A stretch of 64,000 nucleotides of DNA, taken from a virus. The notes under the pieces were generated by a model. The model searched no databases. It was not told the origin of the DNA and worked only from the letters and a program-made list of their open reading frames with translations. Positions 1 to 9,563 of the stretch are shown here, in pieces. Numbering within the stretch: position 1 is the first letter of the stretch; the number at the start of each line of letters is the position of its first letter. The translations under genes were made by a program, and so were the position numbers. The stretch lies in IMG/VR virus record IMGVR_UViG_3300042549_005813. One strand, written 5' to 3'.

Positions 1-4
1 ACAC

Positions 5-769
5 ATGGTCCTGAATATACTCAGGACTCACCTAAAGAACTTCCGAGAAGAATATGGTGAAGTTGTACTGTGTGCTGACAACCGTAAATACTGGCGCAAG
101 GAATTCTTTCCTTTCTACAAAGCCGGCCGTAAAAAAACCAGAGAGAAGTCTGAACTCGACTGGCATTTAATCTTTGATATGCTTTCCAAGTTTAAGCAAG
201 AGCTCAGAGATAATTTCCCTTACAAAGTCATTGATGTTGAGGGTGCAGAGGCTGATGATATCATCGGTACACTTGTACCACGACATATCATGCATGAAAA
301 CATCCTAATCATTTCAAGTGATGGTGATTTCTTGCAATTACAGATGTATAACGGCCGAAGTGAGTATACCGTTAAACAATATAATCCTGCACAGAAGAAA
401 TTTCTCATTTCTAAGAATCCACTTGATGAATTGAAAGAAAAAATCATTCATGGTGATAAAGGTGATGGCATTCCAAATATTATTTCACCGAGTGACACAT
501 TTGTGCGTGAGATTCGTCAGAAGGTTATGACAGAATCCAAACTTACAAAATTCATGGGTCAAGACTATAGTGAATATGATGATGAAAATGCACGTATCGG
601 TTTTTCACGTAACCAGACGTTGATTGACCTAAGAAATATACCAGGTGATATACAGACTAAAATTATAAATACTTATGAAGAAACCAAACCAGCACCTAAA
701 GGTAAGATACTGGATTATTTAATTACAAACAAACTGAAAAGTTTAATAGATGTTATTGGGGAATTTTAA
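5..769 (+). CDS. rnh: T4-type RNase H / 5'-3' exonuclease (5' end probably truncated by the window)
   Basis: WRK..FP.YKA.RK, EADDIIG, SSDGDF.QL and GDKGDGIPNI motifs of FEN/T4 RNase H. Confidence 0.93.
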   Translation: MVLNILRTHLKNFREEYGEVVLCADNRKYWRKEFFPFYKAGRKKTREKSELDWHLIFDMLSKFKQELRDNFPYKVIDVEGAEADDIIGTLVPRHIMHENILIISSDGDFLQLQMYNGRSEYTVKQYNPAQKKFLISKNPLDELKEKIIHGDKGDGIPNIISPSDTFVREIRQKVMTESKLTKFMGQDYSEYDDENARIGFSRNQTLIDLRNIPGDIQTKIINTYEETKPAPKGKILDYLITNKLKSLIDVIGEF

Positions 770-1194
770 TGAAATCGCTATATGAAGTTTTTGATGAATT
801 TGAACTGGCTAAGAATAAAAAAGAAAGAATGGATGTAATTTCTAAAAATCTTTCACAGTCATTGGTTGATGTATTGAAATTGGCTTATCATCCAGACATT
901 CAATGGAAAATTAAAGAACTGCCAGAAAATTATCGTATACCAACAGATATGTTACCTGGTATTACACATGATAATATTAATGGACAAATACGTAGAATGT
1001 ATATGTTCAGAGTTGGTGATCCAACCGCAGAAAAATTAAATGAACACCGTAGAAATGAATTACTAATTCAAATGTTAGAATCAATTGAACCACGGGAAGC
1101 AGAAGTTATATTGGGTATCTTCCAAAAAGATTTGGGAGTAAAAGGGTTAGACTATAAATTTGTAAAAGAGGCATTTCCAGACATGTTGCCATGA
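769..1194 (+). CDS. conserved T4-like phage hypothetical protein
   Basis: TAATG coupling to rnh; C-terminal RRNELLIQMLE...EAE...VKEAFP pattern typical of the rnh-adjacent gene. Confidence 0.75.
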   Translation: MKSLYEVFDEFELAKNKKERMDVISKNLSQSLVDVLKLAYHPDIQWKIKELPENYRIPTDMLPGITHDNINGQIRRMYMFRVGDPTAEKLNEHRRNELLIQMLESIEPREAEVILGIFQKDLGVKGLDYKFVKEAFPDMLP

Positions 1195-1580
1195 CGAAAA
1201 AAGAAAACATCATTGTCTTATCAGGTGAATTCGATTACATAACTTATAATGATTTTAAATTATTAAAAACATGCAAATCTAAATGTGATTGGCTTGTTGT
1301 AGGAGTTCATTCTGACTCCTATATGGAGTTATGTCGAAATAGGACCAAAAGTACATTCGAACAAAGAAAAGAATTTGTAGAAAGTATTTCTTATGTTGAT
1401 GAGGTGTTTGCTTTTAATGATTTTGATGGAACCTGCTGTAATTTACTAAAACTTATAAAACTATGTTATCCCGCATCCAATATAATCTATGTTTCAGAAA
1501 CAAACGTAGAGGATATGCCAGAAGCTCGTATTCGTGGCATCACATTCACAACATTTGAAATTATTAATCAAGGAGTTTAA
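1191..1580 (+). CDS. cytidylyltransferase-like fold protein with degenerate HxGH motif
   Basis: SGEFD...CDWLVVGVHSD...R.E.V.SI.YVDEV signature; HxGH replaced by TYND. Confidence 0.75.
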   Translation: MTKKENIIVLSGEFDYITYNDFKLLKTCKSKCDWLVVGVHSDSYMELCRNRTKSTFEQRKEFVESISYVDEVFAFNDFDGTCCNLLKLIKLCYPASNIIYVSETNVEDMPEARIRGITFTTFEIINQGV

Positions 1581-1585
1581 TTAAA

Positions 1586-1765
1586 GTGTCTAAATTTTCT
1601 GGAAAGTTTCGCAACCAGCGAGACTATGATGATGAGAAGTATTTCCAAGAGGAAAACAGAAACAAAAAACGTCAGAAGCAACAACGAAAACAAAAGTACT
1701 ACGATGAGTATGAGTCTTTTGAATCCAATCAAAGATATAACAAATCCCAAAAAATTAATTACTGA
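1586..1765 (+). CDS. small charged hypothetical protein (59 aa, GTG start)
   Basis: AGGAG upstream; open frame MSKFSGKFRNQRDYDDEK... Confidence 0.55.
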   Translation: MSKFSGKFRNQRDYDDEKYFQEENRNKKRQKQQRKQKYYDEYESFESNQRYNKSQKINY

Positions 1766-1818
1766 TGTTGTAAATTAACAACACCACTATTGACACTCTT
1801 TGATGGATGGTGTATAAT
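1766..1818 (+). promoter_or_regulatory. sigma70 promoter TTGACA-17-TATAAT with upstream TGTTGT-N6-ACAACA palindrome
   Basis: -35 at 1790-1795, -10 at 1813-1818, palindrome at 1766-1783. Confidence 0.85.
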
Positions 1819-1842
1819 ACAACCATTGTTTAGGAGATTTTT

Positions 1843-2172
1843 ATGATGATATATGTTCGAATCGCAAAGTCCAAGAAAAAACTAGGACCAAAAGCTGTGC
1901 GTGAACAATATGATGCGTGGTTGAAATCACACCAAACATCGAAACCCATCAAATCCACAAGCAATCAACTAACATATAAACTGTCGGCACCTGCCGGTCG
2001 TGAAACTGTGCATTATCCGTCATTAAATACAGGTAACGGTGTCGCTACTAAAGCAACACCGAAGGTTTACACTGGCACAAAAGTGATGGGAATAGCAACA
2101 ATGCACAAATCAAACGCTGTTCCTGTGTTTAACAGTCAGGAAGCTGTAGAAATTTCAAAAATGAGGCGCTAA
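1843..2172 (+). CDS. conserved phage hypothetical protein
   Basis: AGGAG RBS; C-terminal YTGT...GIATMHKSNAVPVF motif. Confidence 0.75.
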   Translation: MMIYVRIAKSKKKLGPKAVREQYDAWLKSHQTSKPIKSTSNQLTYKLSAPAGRETVHYPSLNTGNGVATKATPKVYTGTKVMGIATMHKSNAVPVFNSQEAVEISKMRR

Positions 2173-2173
2173 A

Positions 2174-2326
2174 ATGAGTAAGAAAATGAGTTTTGTTGTA
2201 AAATTACAACGTCCTGTGTGTCGTACACCAATCAAGCCTGTACAAGCACATAAGAATGTCGTAAAATACAGTCGTAAAGATGAGAAAAAGACAATTTTGT
2301 CGCAAATTGCTGTTGTAGGAGACTAA
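2174..2326 (+). CDS. small basic hypothetical protein (50 aa)
   Basis: open frame between neighbours, MSKKMSFVV...HKNVVKYSRK. Confidence 0.5.
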   Translation: MSKKMSFVVKLQRPVCRTPIKPVQAHKNVVKYSRKDEKKTILSQIAVVGD

Positions 2327-2327
2327 A

Positions 2328-2474
2328 ATGTCGCAAAACACTGAGCTAAAACAAGAACCGCAAGATCCTATTGACTGGAAATTGCTAGATGAAGTTGTCC
2401 GTAAGTGGGCAGTACTATCAGGACATGAAGATGACCAAGATTGGTACAGGAAAATGAAGGAATATTATGAGTAA
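2328..2474 (+). CDS. small hypothetical protein (48 aa)
   Basis: AGGAG RBS, open frame MSQNTELKQE... Confidence 0.5.
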   Translation: MSQNTELKQEPQDPIDWKLLDEVVRKWAVLSGHEDDQDWYRKMKEYYE

Positions 2475-2643
2475 GAGATATATTATTGATTTGCAAGAAG
2501 CGAATGACGGCACCGGCGATGCAATCTTACAATTTCCTGATGAATTGCTTGCTGAAACAGGCTGGAAAGAAGGCACTGTGTTAAATATGAGAGTTGAAGA
2601 AACTCCAACAGGCAATGTTATTATTATGACTGAGAAAAAATAA
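2467..2643 (+). CDS. AbrB/MazE/SpoVT-like small DNA-binding protein (58 aa)
   Basis: GDAILQFPDELL..TGWKEGTVL pattern; stop overlaps the next ATG. Confidence 0.6.
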   Translation: MSKRYIIDLQEANDGTGDAILQFPDELLAETGWKEGTVLNMRVEETPTGNVIIMTEKK

Positions 2644-4733
2644 TGGAATTACTTGAATCAAAATCACTTTTAGCCAAATTGATGGCAACCGAGAACCTTG
2701 TTGTTGAACAACGTCCGGTACCAACAGCATCTTTTGACGTTAAGAATCGGATTTTGACACTTCCGGTACTGGATAAAAATATCTCTAGTGCTCTTTATGA
2801 CCTTTTTACAGGACATGAAGTTGGCCATGCTCTCTATACGCCTATGGATGGTATGTTGAAAGCAAGAGATGAAAAGGTTATCAGAGATGTATCTAATGTG
2901 GTTGAAGATTCCCGTATTGAACGCAAAATCAAATACAAATATCCAGGCCTTAAAAATTCATTCGTCAAAGCTTATGGTGAGCTTATGAGTAGAGATTTCT
3001 TTGGTATCAAAGGAACAGATATCAACAAGATGAATTTTCTTGACCGCATTAACCTGCACTGCAAAGGCGGCGCAGCATTACGTATTGAATTCAATGATGA
3101 AGAACGTGGTTTGCTTAATGAAGTTGAAACCACCGAAACCTATGATGATGTTATTGATGTATCGAAGAAAATTATCAAATACATGAAACGCAGATTAGAA
3201 GAAGAAGAACAAAAGCGTGCTAAAGCTAAAGCTGAAAACAATGATGATGGTGAAGATGAAGACGAATCAGAATATGAAGAAGTTGATTTTGATGACCAAG
3301 GCAATTCAAAAGAACAAACTTTTGAAGATGGTGAAGATGTAGAAGAACAAGAGGTTGAATCTAACAAACAATCTGATGGTGATGAATTTGATTCTGTAGA
3401 AGAAGATAAGAAAGTAAGCCTGGAAGACCAGATTCGTTCTTTTACTGATGCTGCCTATAAAGAAAACGAAAAGCAACTTTTTGACAATAGTTTGAGTAAT
3501 ATTATATACGCAAATATTCCATATTTTAATCCAAAAGATGTTGTTGACCACAAATATATTTGGAAAAGATACAAAGAAGAAAACTTCAGTTCTTCAACAG
3601 AAACATTCCTTAAAATTCGAAATGAAAGTAACAAAGTAGTTTCCTACCTTGTTAAAGAATTTGAAATGCGTAAGAATGCTGACCAGTTGAAACGCACAAC
3701 AACTGCCAAAACTGGTGAGTTGAATATGAATAAGATTTACTCTTATGGTTTCAGTGAAGATATCTTTAAGAAAATCTCGGTTGTTCCTGGTGGTAAATCA
3801 CACGGACTTGTTATGTTCCTCGATTGGTCTGGTTCTATGATTGACCACATCGGTAACACAATGAAACAATTAATCAATTTGGTATTGTTCTGCAAGAAAA
3901 TGAACATACCCTATGAAGTGTTTGCTTTTGTTGAAGACACCGAAACGGAAAAACTAACCAAACAAACACCAAAAGAAAATGACATATATTTCAAACCTTA
4001 TGGTTTGATGAACCTATTATCATCTAGGATGTCTAGTTCCGAGTTCACTTATGCAGGTTCATCATTAGTTTGTATGGCTGGTCTAGGCAAAGTCCGTGGT
4101 TATTTCCCCCATTGGATGCATATGCAAGGCACACCCCTGAACCAAGCAATCGTTCATGCAATGACTATCGTTCCTGAATTTCAAAAGAAAAACAAATTAC
4201 AGATTGTCAATACAATTTTTCTAACAGACGGTGAAAGTAATAATGCTAACCGTTATTTACAAAAAGATTCTTATTACGGACTAACAGATGTACACATGAA
4301 GTGTGAAAGATTAGTTATTCGTGATCCTGTTACCAAACATGAAGAAAAGATTGATGGTAAAAATGGTTACGAAGCACAGACAAATGCTTTCATTCGTTTG
4401 TTGAAAGCAAGAACTGGTTCTAATGTTATTGGTTTTTATGTTATCAATGGTAGAGATTTTAACCGTAAAGTGCATCAGTGGTTTCCGAAACAAATGAACC
4501 ACGAAGAAATGAAGGACAATTTTAGAAAATCTAAGTTTGCCATTCTGGAGAATACTGGATATGATGAGTACTATATCTTGCGGTCAAATGGCCTAGATAC
4601 CGATGAGGATTCTACTTTCGAAGTTAAAGAAAACTCAACCTTCAGAGGTATTGCCTCTGCATTTACAAAGTACAATAATGGCAAACATAACAGTCGTGTT
4701 GTACTGAATCGTTTTATCGGACTTATTACATAG
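2643..4733 (+). CDS. CobT-like protein: N-terminal HExxH metallopeptidase-like domain, acidic linker, C-terminal VWA domain
   Basis: HEVGH, NVVED.RIE, DWSGSM (MIDAS), GTPL and LTDGE motifs. Confidence 0.85.
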   Translation: MELLESKSLLAKLMATENLVVEQRPVPTASFDVKNRILTLPVLDKNISSALYDLFTGHEVGHALYTPMDGMLKARDEKVIRDVSNVVEDSRIERKIKYKYPGLKNSFVKAYGELMSRDFFGIKGTDINKMNFLDRINLHCKGGAALRIEFNDEERGLLNEVETTETYDDVIDVSKKIIKYMKRRLEEEEQKRAKAKAENNDDGEDEDESEYEEVDFDDQGNSKEQTFEDGEDVEEQEVESNKQSDGDEFDSVEEDKKVSLEDQIRSFTDAAYKENEKQLFDNSLSNIIYANIPYFNPKDVVDHKYIWKRYKEENFSSSTETFLKIRNESNKVVSYLVKEFEMRKNADQLKRTTTAKTGELNMNKIYSYGFSEDIFKKISVVPGGKSHGLVMFLDWSGSMIDHIGNTMKQLINLVLFCKKMNIPYEVFAFVEDTETEKLTKQTPKENDIYFKPYGLMNLLSSRMSSSEFTYAGSSLVCMAGLGKVRGYFPHWMHMQGTPLNQAIVHAMTIVPEFQKKNKLQIVNTIFLTDGESNNANRYLQKDSYYGLTDVHMKCERLVIRDPVTKHEEKIDGKNGYEAQTNAFIRLLKARTGSNVIGFYVINGRDFNRKVHQWFPKQMNHEEMKDNFRKSKFAILENTGYDEYYILRSNGLDTDEDSTFEVKENSTFRGIASAFTKYNNGKHNSRVVLNRFIGLIT

Positions 4734-4741
4734 GAGTTATT

Positions 4742-4975
4742 ATGGAAATTTATTCAGAATATTATGGTGCAGGTAGAAAGGCTACCGTGACTAGACTTGC
4801 TAGAGGTGTTCTCGACAGACAGTTTGATGTTTGGGAAGTTGCCTTGTACATTGAGAACAAAGTGGTACAACGAACCACGATTCGTACCGAGAGTGAAGCA
4901 GAAGATTTTGCCGAATCTTGGTGTCAAGGTGCCGATGGCAACCAAGTTTTGTTGAATGAGGTTATTAATGGATAA
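4742..4975 (+). CDS. hypothetical protein
   Basis: AGGAG RBS, ORF track. Confidence 0.65.
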   Translation: MEIYSEYYGAGRKATVTRLARGVLDRQFDVWEVALYIENKVVQRTTIRTESEAEDFAESWCQGADGNQVLLNEVING

Positions 4976-5246
4976 AAAGACCAAAGAGATTTTCTGTATC
5001 ACACAGGAAGAATGTGCTGAAGTGACGCAGGCAATCTCAAAGATTTTCCGTTTCGGTTTTGACTCCGTGCATCCTGTTACAAACAAAAGTAACATGCAGA
5101 GTTTGGAAGAAGAAGTTGGAGACCTTTTGGCTATGATAGATATTATGGTAGAGAAGTGTATTGTTTCTGACAGTAATATTAACGCAGCCAGACAGGCCAA
5201 AAAAGAGAAACTGAAAATCTGGTCTAACATTTATAAAGAGGTATAA
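4968..5246 (+). CDS. MazG-like NTP pyrophosphohydrolase
   Basis: EECAE...K..RFG and LEEEVGDL acidic motifs. Confidence 0.8.
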   Translation: MDKKTKEIFCITQEECAEVTQAISKIFRFGFDSVHPVTNKSNMQSLEEEVGDLLAMIDIMVEKCIVSDSNINAARQAKKEKLKIWSNIYKEV

Positions 5247-5247
5247 A

Positions 5248-5724
5248 ATGGACGAATACGGTTATAATAAATTCGAAGAATATTTAATTAAAATATTAAA
5301 AAATAGGACTGAGGTTCTAGAACCAGAAATTGGTGATAACATTTCTCCTATTTCTGAAATCAAAGTTGCATTTGATGGTTATGGTGATTTAGAAACTGAA
5401 GATGCCAATGGTGACTACGAATACGTAGAACACGGTAATACAAACCTAGAATCATATGCAATCTATATTCATAAAGATTCTGCAAAACGTGGTTTTGTTT
5501 TTCCTGAACACGATACACATTCTTTCACATTTGGTAATATGGTGCAACACCGTCCAGATGAAGAAGTTTGTTTGTTTGCATGGCATGAGTTTCTTGAAGA
5601 AGAAGATGCTTGGCGTTGGTATGTCATTCCTTTGGAAGACAGGCTGGCAGAAGACAATTCATTGACAGCAGAACAAGTTATGGAAATCTTAGAAGTAGTT
5701 GTTAACAGATATTTTATTGAATAA
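5248..5724 (+). CDS. acidic hypothetical protein
   Basis: GAGG RBS, ORF track, coupled to the next gene. Confidence 0.65.
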   Translation: MDEYGYNKFEEYLIKILKNRTEVLEPEIGDNISPISEIKVAFDGYGDLETEDANGDYEYVEHGNTNLESYAIYIHKDSAKRGFVFPEHDTHSFTFGNMVQHRPDEEVCLFAWHEFLEEEDAWRWYVIPLEDRLAEDNSLTAEQVMEILEVVVNRYFIE

Positions 5725-6935
5725 TGTTTTTCATACATAAAACAGTTAGTCTTTGTAATCATTGTTATAAACATATACCAGGAATTGTATATGAAAATGA
5801 TAAAGAAATTTTAATGGCCAAAAAATGTCCGCAACATGGTATTATGCATAGTGTTGTAGAAACAGATGTTGAATTTTATTACGGTATTGAACATTTTCAA
5901 GAAATGTATGAGGACCTAAAAGAAAAATTACCAATATCAAATTCATCTGTCAATCAAATTTTATTTGAAGCTAGTGATAGGTGTCAATTAGAATGTCCAC
6001 ATTGTTATCATTTACCTGATAATAAAATCACAGATAGAAAAATAGAAGATATCATAAAACAAATTGATGGTTTTCCAAAAACTGGTATTCCTATGTTGGC
6101 TGGAGCTGAGGCTACATTGAGGCCGGATTTTTTTGATTTGTGTAAACAAATAGACTCTTTGGGTTTTGAACAATTTGAATTATTATCAAACGGATTGAAA
6201 TTTAGTAGTGCTGATTGGACGAAAAAGATATTTCAATCTGGACTTAAAAGCGTATGCGTAGGATTAAATCACAGTAGTTATCAAGGATTAAAAGTACATA
6301 ATAAACAACTTCGTGGTTTAAACAACATATTAGAATATGGTGTTGGTTGTGGTTATGTCGGTTATACTATAGAGAGTTACGAACATTTACCTGAAATATT
6401 AAATGAAATAAGATTATTGGCTAATCCAAAAATAGACCATTTCAGAATTCGTTGTGGTAGTTTTATTGGAAGAAGTTCGGATAAGGAACGTTCTTATTTG
6501 AGTAAAATGATTAAGTACATCAAAAACATTCTTGGAGATGAAATCTCAATATCTAAATCAGATAATAATCCTTATCATATCATGATGAATTGGAAGGGAA
6601 TTGATTTACGTTTAATACAATGGCCGGATGTTACTAATATAGATATGGAAGAACTTGATGTTGGACCTTGGTGTCAGTTCTATCGTGGACCAATTACAAA
6701 TTTTGTACACCAAGTTATCACAAGAGATGCTTACAAAAATATGGGACTACCTCAATTGGATGTCGTACCTGAAAAATATACATACAAATATAAACCAATG
6801 CAATATTGGAAAGACGAATGGTTTAAGCCAATAAAAATTAAAGAAAGTGATTTGATTAATGATGTTCAAATGTGGGATTTGAAAAATATTGGTGTTGATT
6901 TAAAACCTTCAATAATACCAATAAAGAAAAACTAA
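5724..6935 (+). CDS. radical SAM protein with N-terminal CxxC...CxxHG metal-binding domain (MJ0619/Tes-like architecture)
   Basis: CQLECPHC (CX3CX2C), GAEATL, LSNG; N-terminal SLCNHC...KKCPQHG. Confidence 0.85.
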   Translation: MFFIHKTVSLCNHCYKHIPGIVYENDKEILMAKKCPQHGIMHSVVETDVEFYYGIEHFQEMYEDLKEKLPISNSSVNQILFEASDRCQLECPHCYHLPDNKITDRKIEDIIKQIDGFPKTGIPMLAGAEATLRPDFFDLCKQIDSLGFEQFELLSNGLKFSSADWTKKIFQSGLKSVCVGLNHSSYQGLKVHNKQLRGLNNILEYGVGCGYVGYTIESYEHLPEILNEIRLLANPKIDHFRIRCGSFIGRSSDKERSYLSKMIKYIKNILGDEISISKSDNNPYHIMMNWKGIDLRLIQWPDVTNIDMEELDVGPWCQFYRGPITNFVHQVITRDAYKNMGLPQLDVVPEKYTYKYKPMQYWKDEWFKPIKIKESDLINDVQMWDLKNIGVDLKPSIIPIKKN

Positions 6936-6944
6936 AGATATATA

Positions 6945-7094
6945 ATGACCGATGAACAGGCCTTAGCCATTTATGAGAAACTGAAACAGAAACACGGTGA
7001 TAACTTACCGGATCCTGACCACGAACCTATACAATTTGCCCATTGCATAAAGATGATGAAACATTATGAACCAGAAATATTCAGAACAGTATGA
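6945..7094 (+). CDS. small hypothetical protein (49 aa)
   Basis: open frame MTDEQALAIYEKL...LPDPDHEPIQF. Confidence 0.55.
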   Translation: MTDEQALAIYEKLKQKHGDNLPDPDHEPIQFAHCIKMMKHYEPEIFRTV

Positions 7095-7551
7095 TGCATA
7101 TTATGACGAACAGACCAACGAATGGTTGGAAGATACCTGTGATGAACCGGATTGTGAACTCTGTATTGGCCGAACACCGACACCTCTAAGAGAAATCTTT
7201 GTCTTTGGTTCGAACCTGGCCGGCCGACACGGTGCTGGTGCCGCAAAGTTTGCTGCTGACAACCACGGTGCCATCTATGGTGTTGGTGTCGGACTACAAG
7301 GCGACTCTTATGGTATTCCAACAAAAGACCAGAATATCGAAACCTTGCCATTAACTTACATTAGAGTATACGTCAATCAATTCATAGAGTTTGCTAAGTA
7401 TATGCCTAATCTGGTATTTAATGTTACTGCTATTGGATGTGGCCTTGCTGGTTATACTCCTTCTCAGATAGCACCGATGTTTTCAAGCGCCTCCGGACTT
7501 TCCAACGTCCGCCTTCCGGAAGAATTCCTGAAGGTCCTAGAAAATGACTGA
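7066..7551 (+). CDS. A1S_2505-family macro-like phage protein with N-terminal Cys motif
   Basis: IFVFGSNLAGRHGAGAA, SYGIPT, F.VT.IGCGLAG. Confidence 0.75.
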   Translation: MNQKYSEQYDAYYDEQTNEWLEDTCDEPDCELCIGRTPTPLREIFVFGSNLAGRHGAGAAKFAADNHGAIYGVGVGLQGDSYGIPTKDQNIETLPLTYIRVYVNQFIEFAKYMPNLVFNVTAIGCGLAGYTPSQIAPMFSSASGLSNVRLPEEFLKVLEND

Positions 7552-7675
7552 CTTACTGGTAATTCTGATTTTATTCTTCCTTTTCTGGGGAGAACCAGAC
7601 GTATGGGATAAACTTCACGAACGAGCCATGCAACACATAGAGGAACCACAATGCGTAAAACAATCATCACCTTAG
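7544..7675 (+). CDS. small membrane peptide (43 aa)
   Basis: hydrophobic N-terminus MTDLLVILILFFLFWG. Confidence 0.45.
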   Translation: MTDLLVILILFFLFWGEPDVWDKLHERAMQHIEEPQCVKQSSP

Positions 7676-7944
7676 CACTCCTGTTCAGCACTACAACATT
7701 CGCACAAGAAGTCATTACTCTGTCGAAATCAATAAGATGTTCAAATGCCGAATCCGTAATGCGATACTTTACAGAAGAATACAAAGAGATGCCAGTTTGG
7801 GTCGGCAAAACAACTAATGGTACGCATGTGACACTATTGGTTAACAAAGAGAAACGAAGCTGGACACTCATCGAATACGATAGTAAACTGGCTTGCATAT
7901 TGGGTGCAGGTGATTCTACTAGCAATCCGGAGATATCACTATGA
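7651..7944 (+). CDS. secreted hypothetical protein
   Basis: signal peptide MRKTIITLALLFSTTTFA; GAGG RBS. Confidence 0.7.
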   Translation: MRKTIITLALLFSTTTFAQEVITLSKSIRCSNAESVMRYFTEEYKEMPVWVGKTTNGTHVTLLVNKEKRSWTLIEYDSKLACILGAGDSTSNPEISL

Positions 7945-8141
7945 GTAAACTACACCTACACCAAGAAGACCTGATAGCTATCAAAACATTCTGTGATAAG
8001 TATCCGGATTCTGACTACGTAACCGTGACCGTTGATTCGTCATCTGGTATCGGTTCAATCGTCAAAGTGTCGTTGCCAACTGTCATCAACGGCGATATGG
8101 TAATAATAGAGAAAACAATCGTAGATGAAAGTAGTTGGTGA
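7941..8141 (+). CDS. hypothetical protein
   Basis: ATGA overlap; DSSSGIG motif. Confidence 0.65.
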   Translation: MSKLHLHQEDLIAIKTFCDKYPDSDYVTVTVDSSSGIGSIVKVSLPTVINGDMVIIEKTIVDESSW

Positions 8142-8144
8142 AAA

Positions 8145-8480
8145 ATGAACGAACGAATTCGAGAAATAGCACTTCAAGCAGGTGGCAGTCATTACCCCGA
8201 AGTAAACTCAATGCAGCTACAAAAGTTCGCCGAGTTGATTATAGCAGAATGTGCTCAAGCCTGTATGAACGAAGGGGCATCATACGAAGAAAAAGCAGCC
8301 GGAGCGTATCAAAGCAATTTATATGTCACTGCTATCAAACAACATTTCGGACTTGAAGAACAATCCACAGAGCCTAATGTATTACATACTTGCCCCTATG
8401 CAGAAGAAATTCACGGAGATTATGAGACATTGTGTGATTGTGATGCGGAGCGGCAATATCAATGTGCAATGGATGTTTAA
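8145..8480 (+). CDS. MNERI-family small phage protein with C-terminal Cys-rich extension
   Basis: MNERIRE...KFAELII.EC...HFG, then HTCPY...CDC...C. Confidence 0.7.
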   Translation: MNERIREIALQAGGSHYPEVNSMQLQKFAELIIAECAQACMNEGASYEEKAAGAYQSNLYVTAIKQHFGLEEQSTEPNVLHTCPYAEEIHGDYETLCDCDAERQYQCAMDV

Positions 8481-8495
8481 TTAAGGAGTGAAATA

Positions 8496-8717
8496 ATGAG
8501 TGAATCGACTGGCATAACTGGCTTTATTGAAATCTTTGAGGGTCGATTGACTAAGATGAAACTACACCTTAAAGAAGAATTGAACAAAGCTAAACACGAG
8601 CGTGACCGTAAAGCCATAAAGCGTATTACTGCCGATGCACGTAAACTAAACAAGACACTGAAAGAGATGCGTAATGTGTCAACTAAAAATTGTCCTCACT
8701 GTGGAGAGAAACTATGA
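8496..8717 (+). CDS. hypothetical protein with C-terminal CPHCG
   Basis: AAGGAG RBS. Confidence 0.65.
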   Translation: MSESTGITGFIEIFEGRLTKMKLHLKEELNKAKHERDRKAIKRITADARKLNKTLKEMRNVSTKNCPHCGEKL

Positions 8718-8890
8718 AAGCAAGTGGTATTAATGCCGCAATGGCACACAAAATTGAACTACAGAAACTTGTACACCAAGAAACAATCAAACAACAACAG
8801 ATTAAAGTAATCAAAGACCGTCAGGAAGAATTGCAGATAATGAAAACACAGTACTTCAGTAAAGGTAATAACGTTGATGAGATGGTGTAG
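8714..8890 (+). CDS. hypothetical protein
   Basis: ATGA overlap with the previous stop. Confidence 0.55.
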   Translation: MKASGINAAMAHKIELQKLVHQETIKQQQIKVIKDRQEELQIMKTQYFSKGNNVDEMV

Positions 8891-8903
8891 GAGTTAAAGA
8901 GTA

Positions 8904-9182
8904 ATGACACAGAGATATTTTGTTGTTGCAGGTAACTATGACCAATATTGCCAATGGATAAAAGAGAGAGGCCTTTCACGTAAAGAGTGGGTCCATGTAT
9001 ACGATTGCAATACTATCAGAGGTATCAGAAACCCTACAGGCAGACTCGTTGGTACTTGGTATGAAAGAGAGGATGCTATGGATATTCTGGTGGCTCTGAG
9101 AGTGGCATCAGATAAGGTCAATGAGAACCTTGAGAATGCCTTAGTAATGTGGATACAATTGAAAACTGAAAATGAAACATAG
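8904..9182 (+). CDS. hypothetical protein
   Basis: AGGAG RBS, ORF track. Confidence 0.65.
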   Translation: MTQRYFVVAGNYDQYCQWIKERGLSRKEWVHVYDCNTIRGIRNPTGRLVGTWYEREDAMDILVALRVASDKVNENLENALVMWIQLKTENET

Positions 9183-9357
9183 TGACGTACAGAGAATTAT
9201 AGAGAACCTTGAGAATGCTTTGAGAGTGCATCCAGATAAAGGCTATGAGATTGGTTCATTAGAAGAATCACAGAAATTTGCAGAGGAGCGAAAGCTGGAC
9301 CTGGAAAAATTCCCGGTATCAAGAGGATCCTCCGAGAAAAAATTTCGAAACCCTTAA
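9172..9357 (+). CDS. hypothetical protein
   Basis: ORF track; last gene of the + block. Confidence 0.5.
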   Translation: MKHSDVQRIIENLENALRVHPDKGYEIGSLEESQKFAEERKLDLEKFPVSRGSSEKKFRNP

Positions 9358-9483
9358 CGGGGCCCCAGAAAATAAAAAATGAGAAAAAAGAGTTTGACCA
9401 GGTGGCACTTTTTTAGCTAATCACTTACCTACCGCACCCCCATCCCTCACCGCTACTGCTCGGACAGCAGCTCCAGCAGAGCC

Positions 9484-9518
9484 AAAAAAAGAGGCAGCAC
9501 CATTACAGCACTGCCTCT
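9484..9518 (-). terminator. intrinsic terminator for the minus-strand block
   Basis: AGAGGCAG...CTGCCTCT stem preceded on + by an A run (U tract on -). Confidence 0.65.
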
Positions 9519-9563
9519 AAACCCCACCATCCAGCCTAGCCTCAAGTGGGGAGAGCGAAAACC

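Noticed and set aside
9123-9221. GAGAACCTTGAGAATGC repeated in two adjacent ORFs
   Set aside because: Only two short copies encoding ENLENA; probably a local duplication without clear function.
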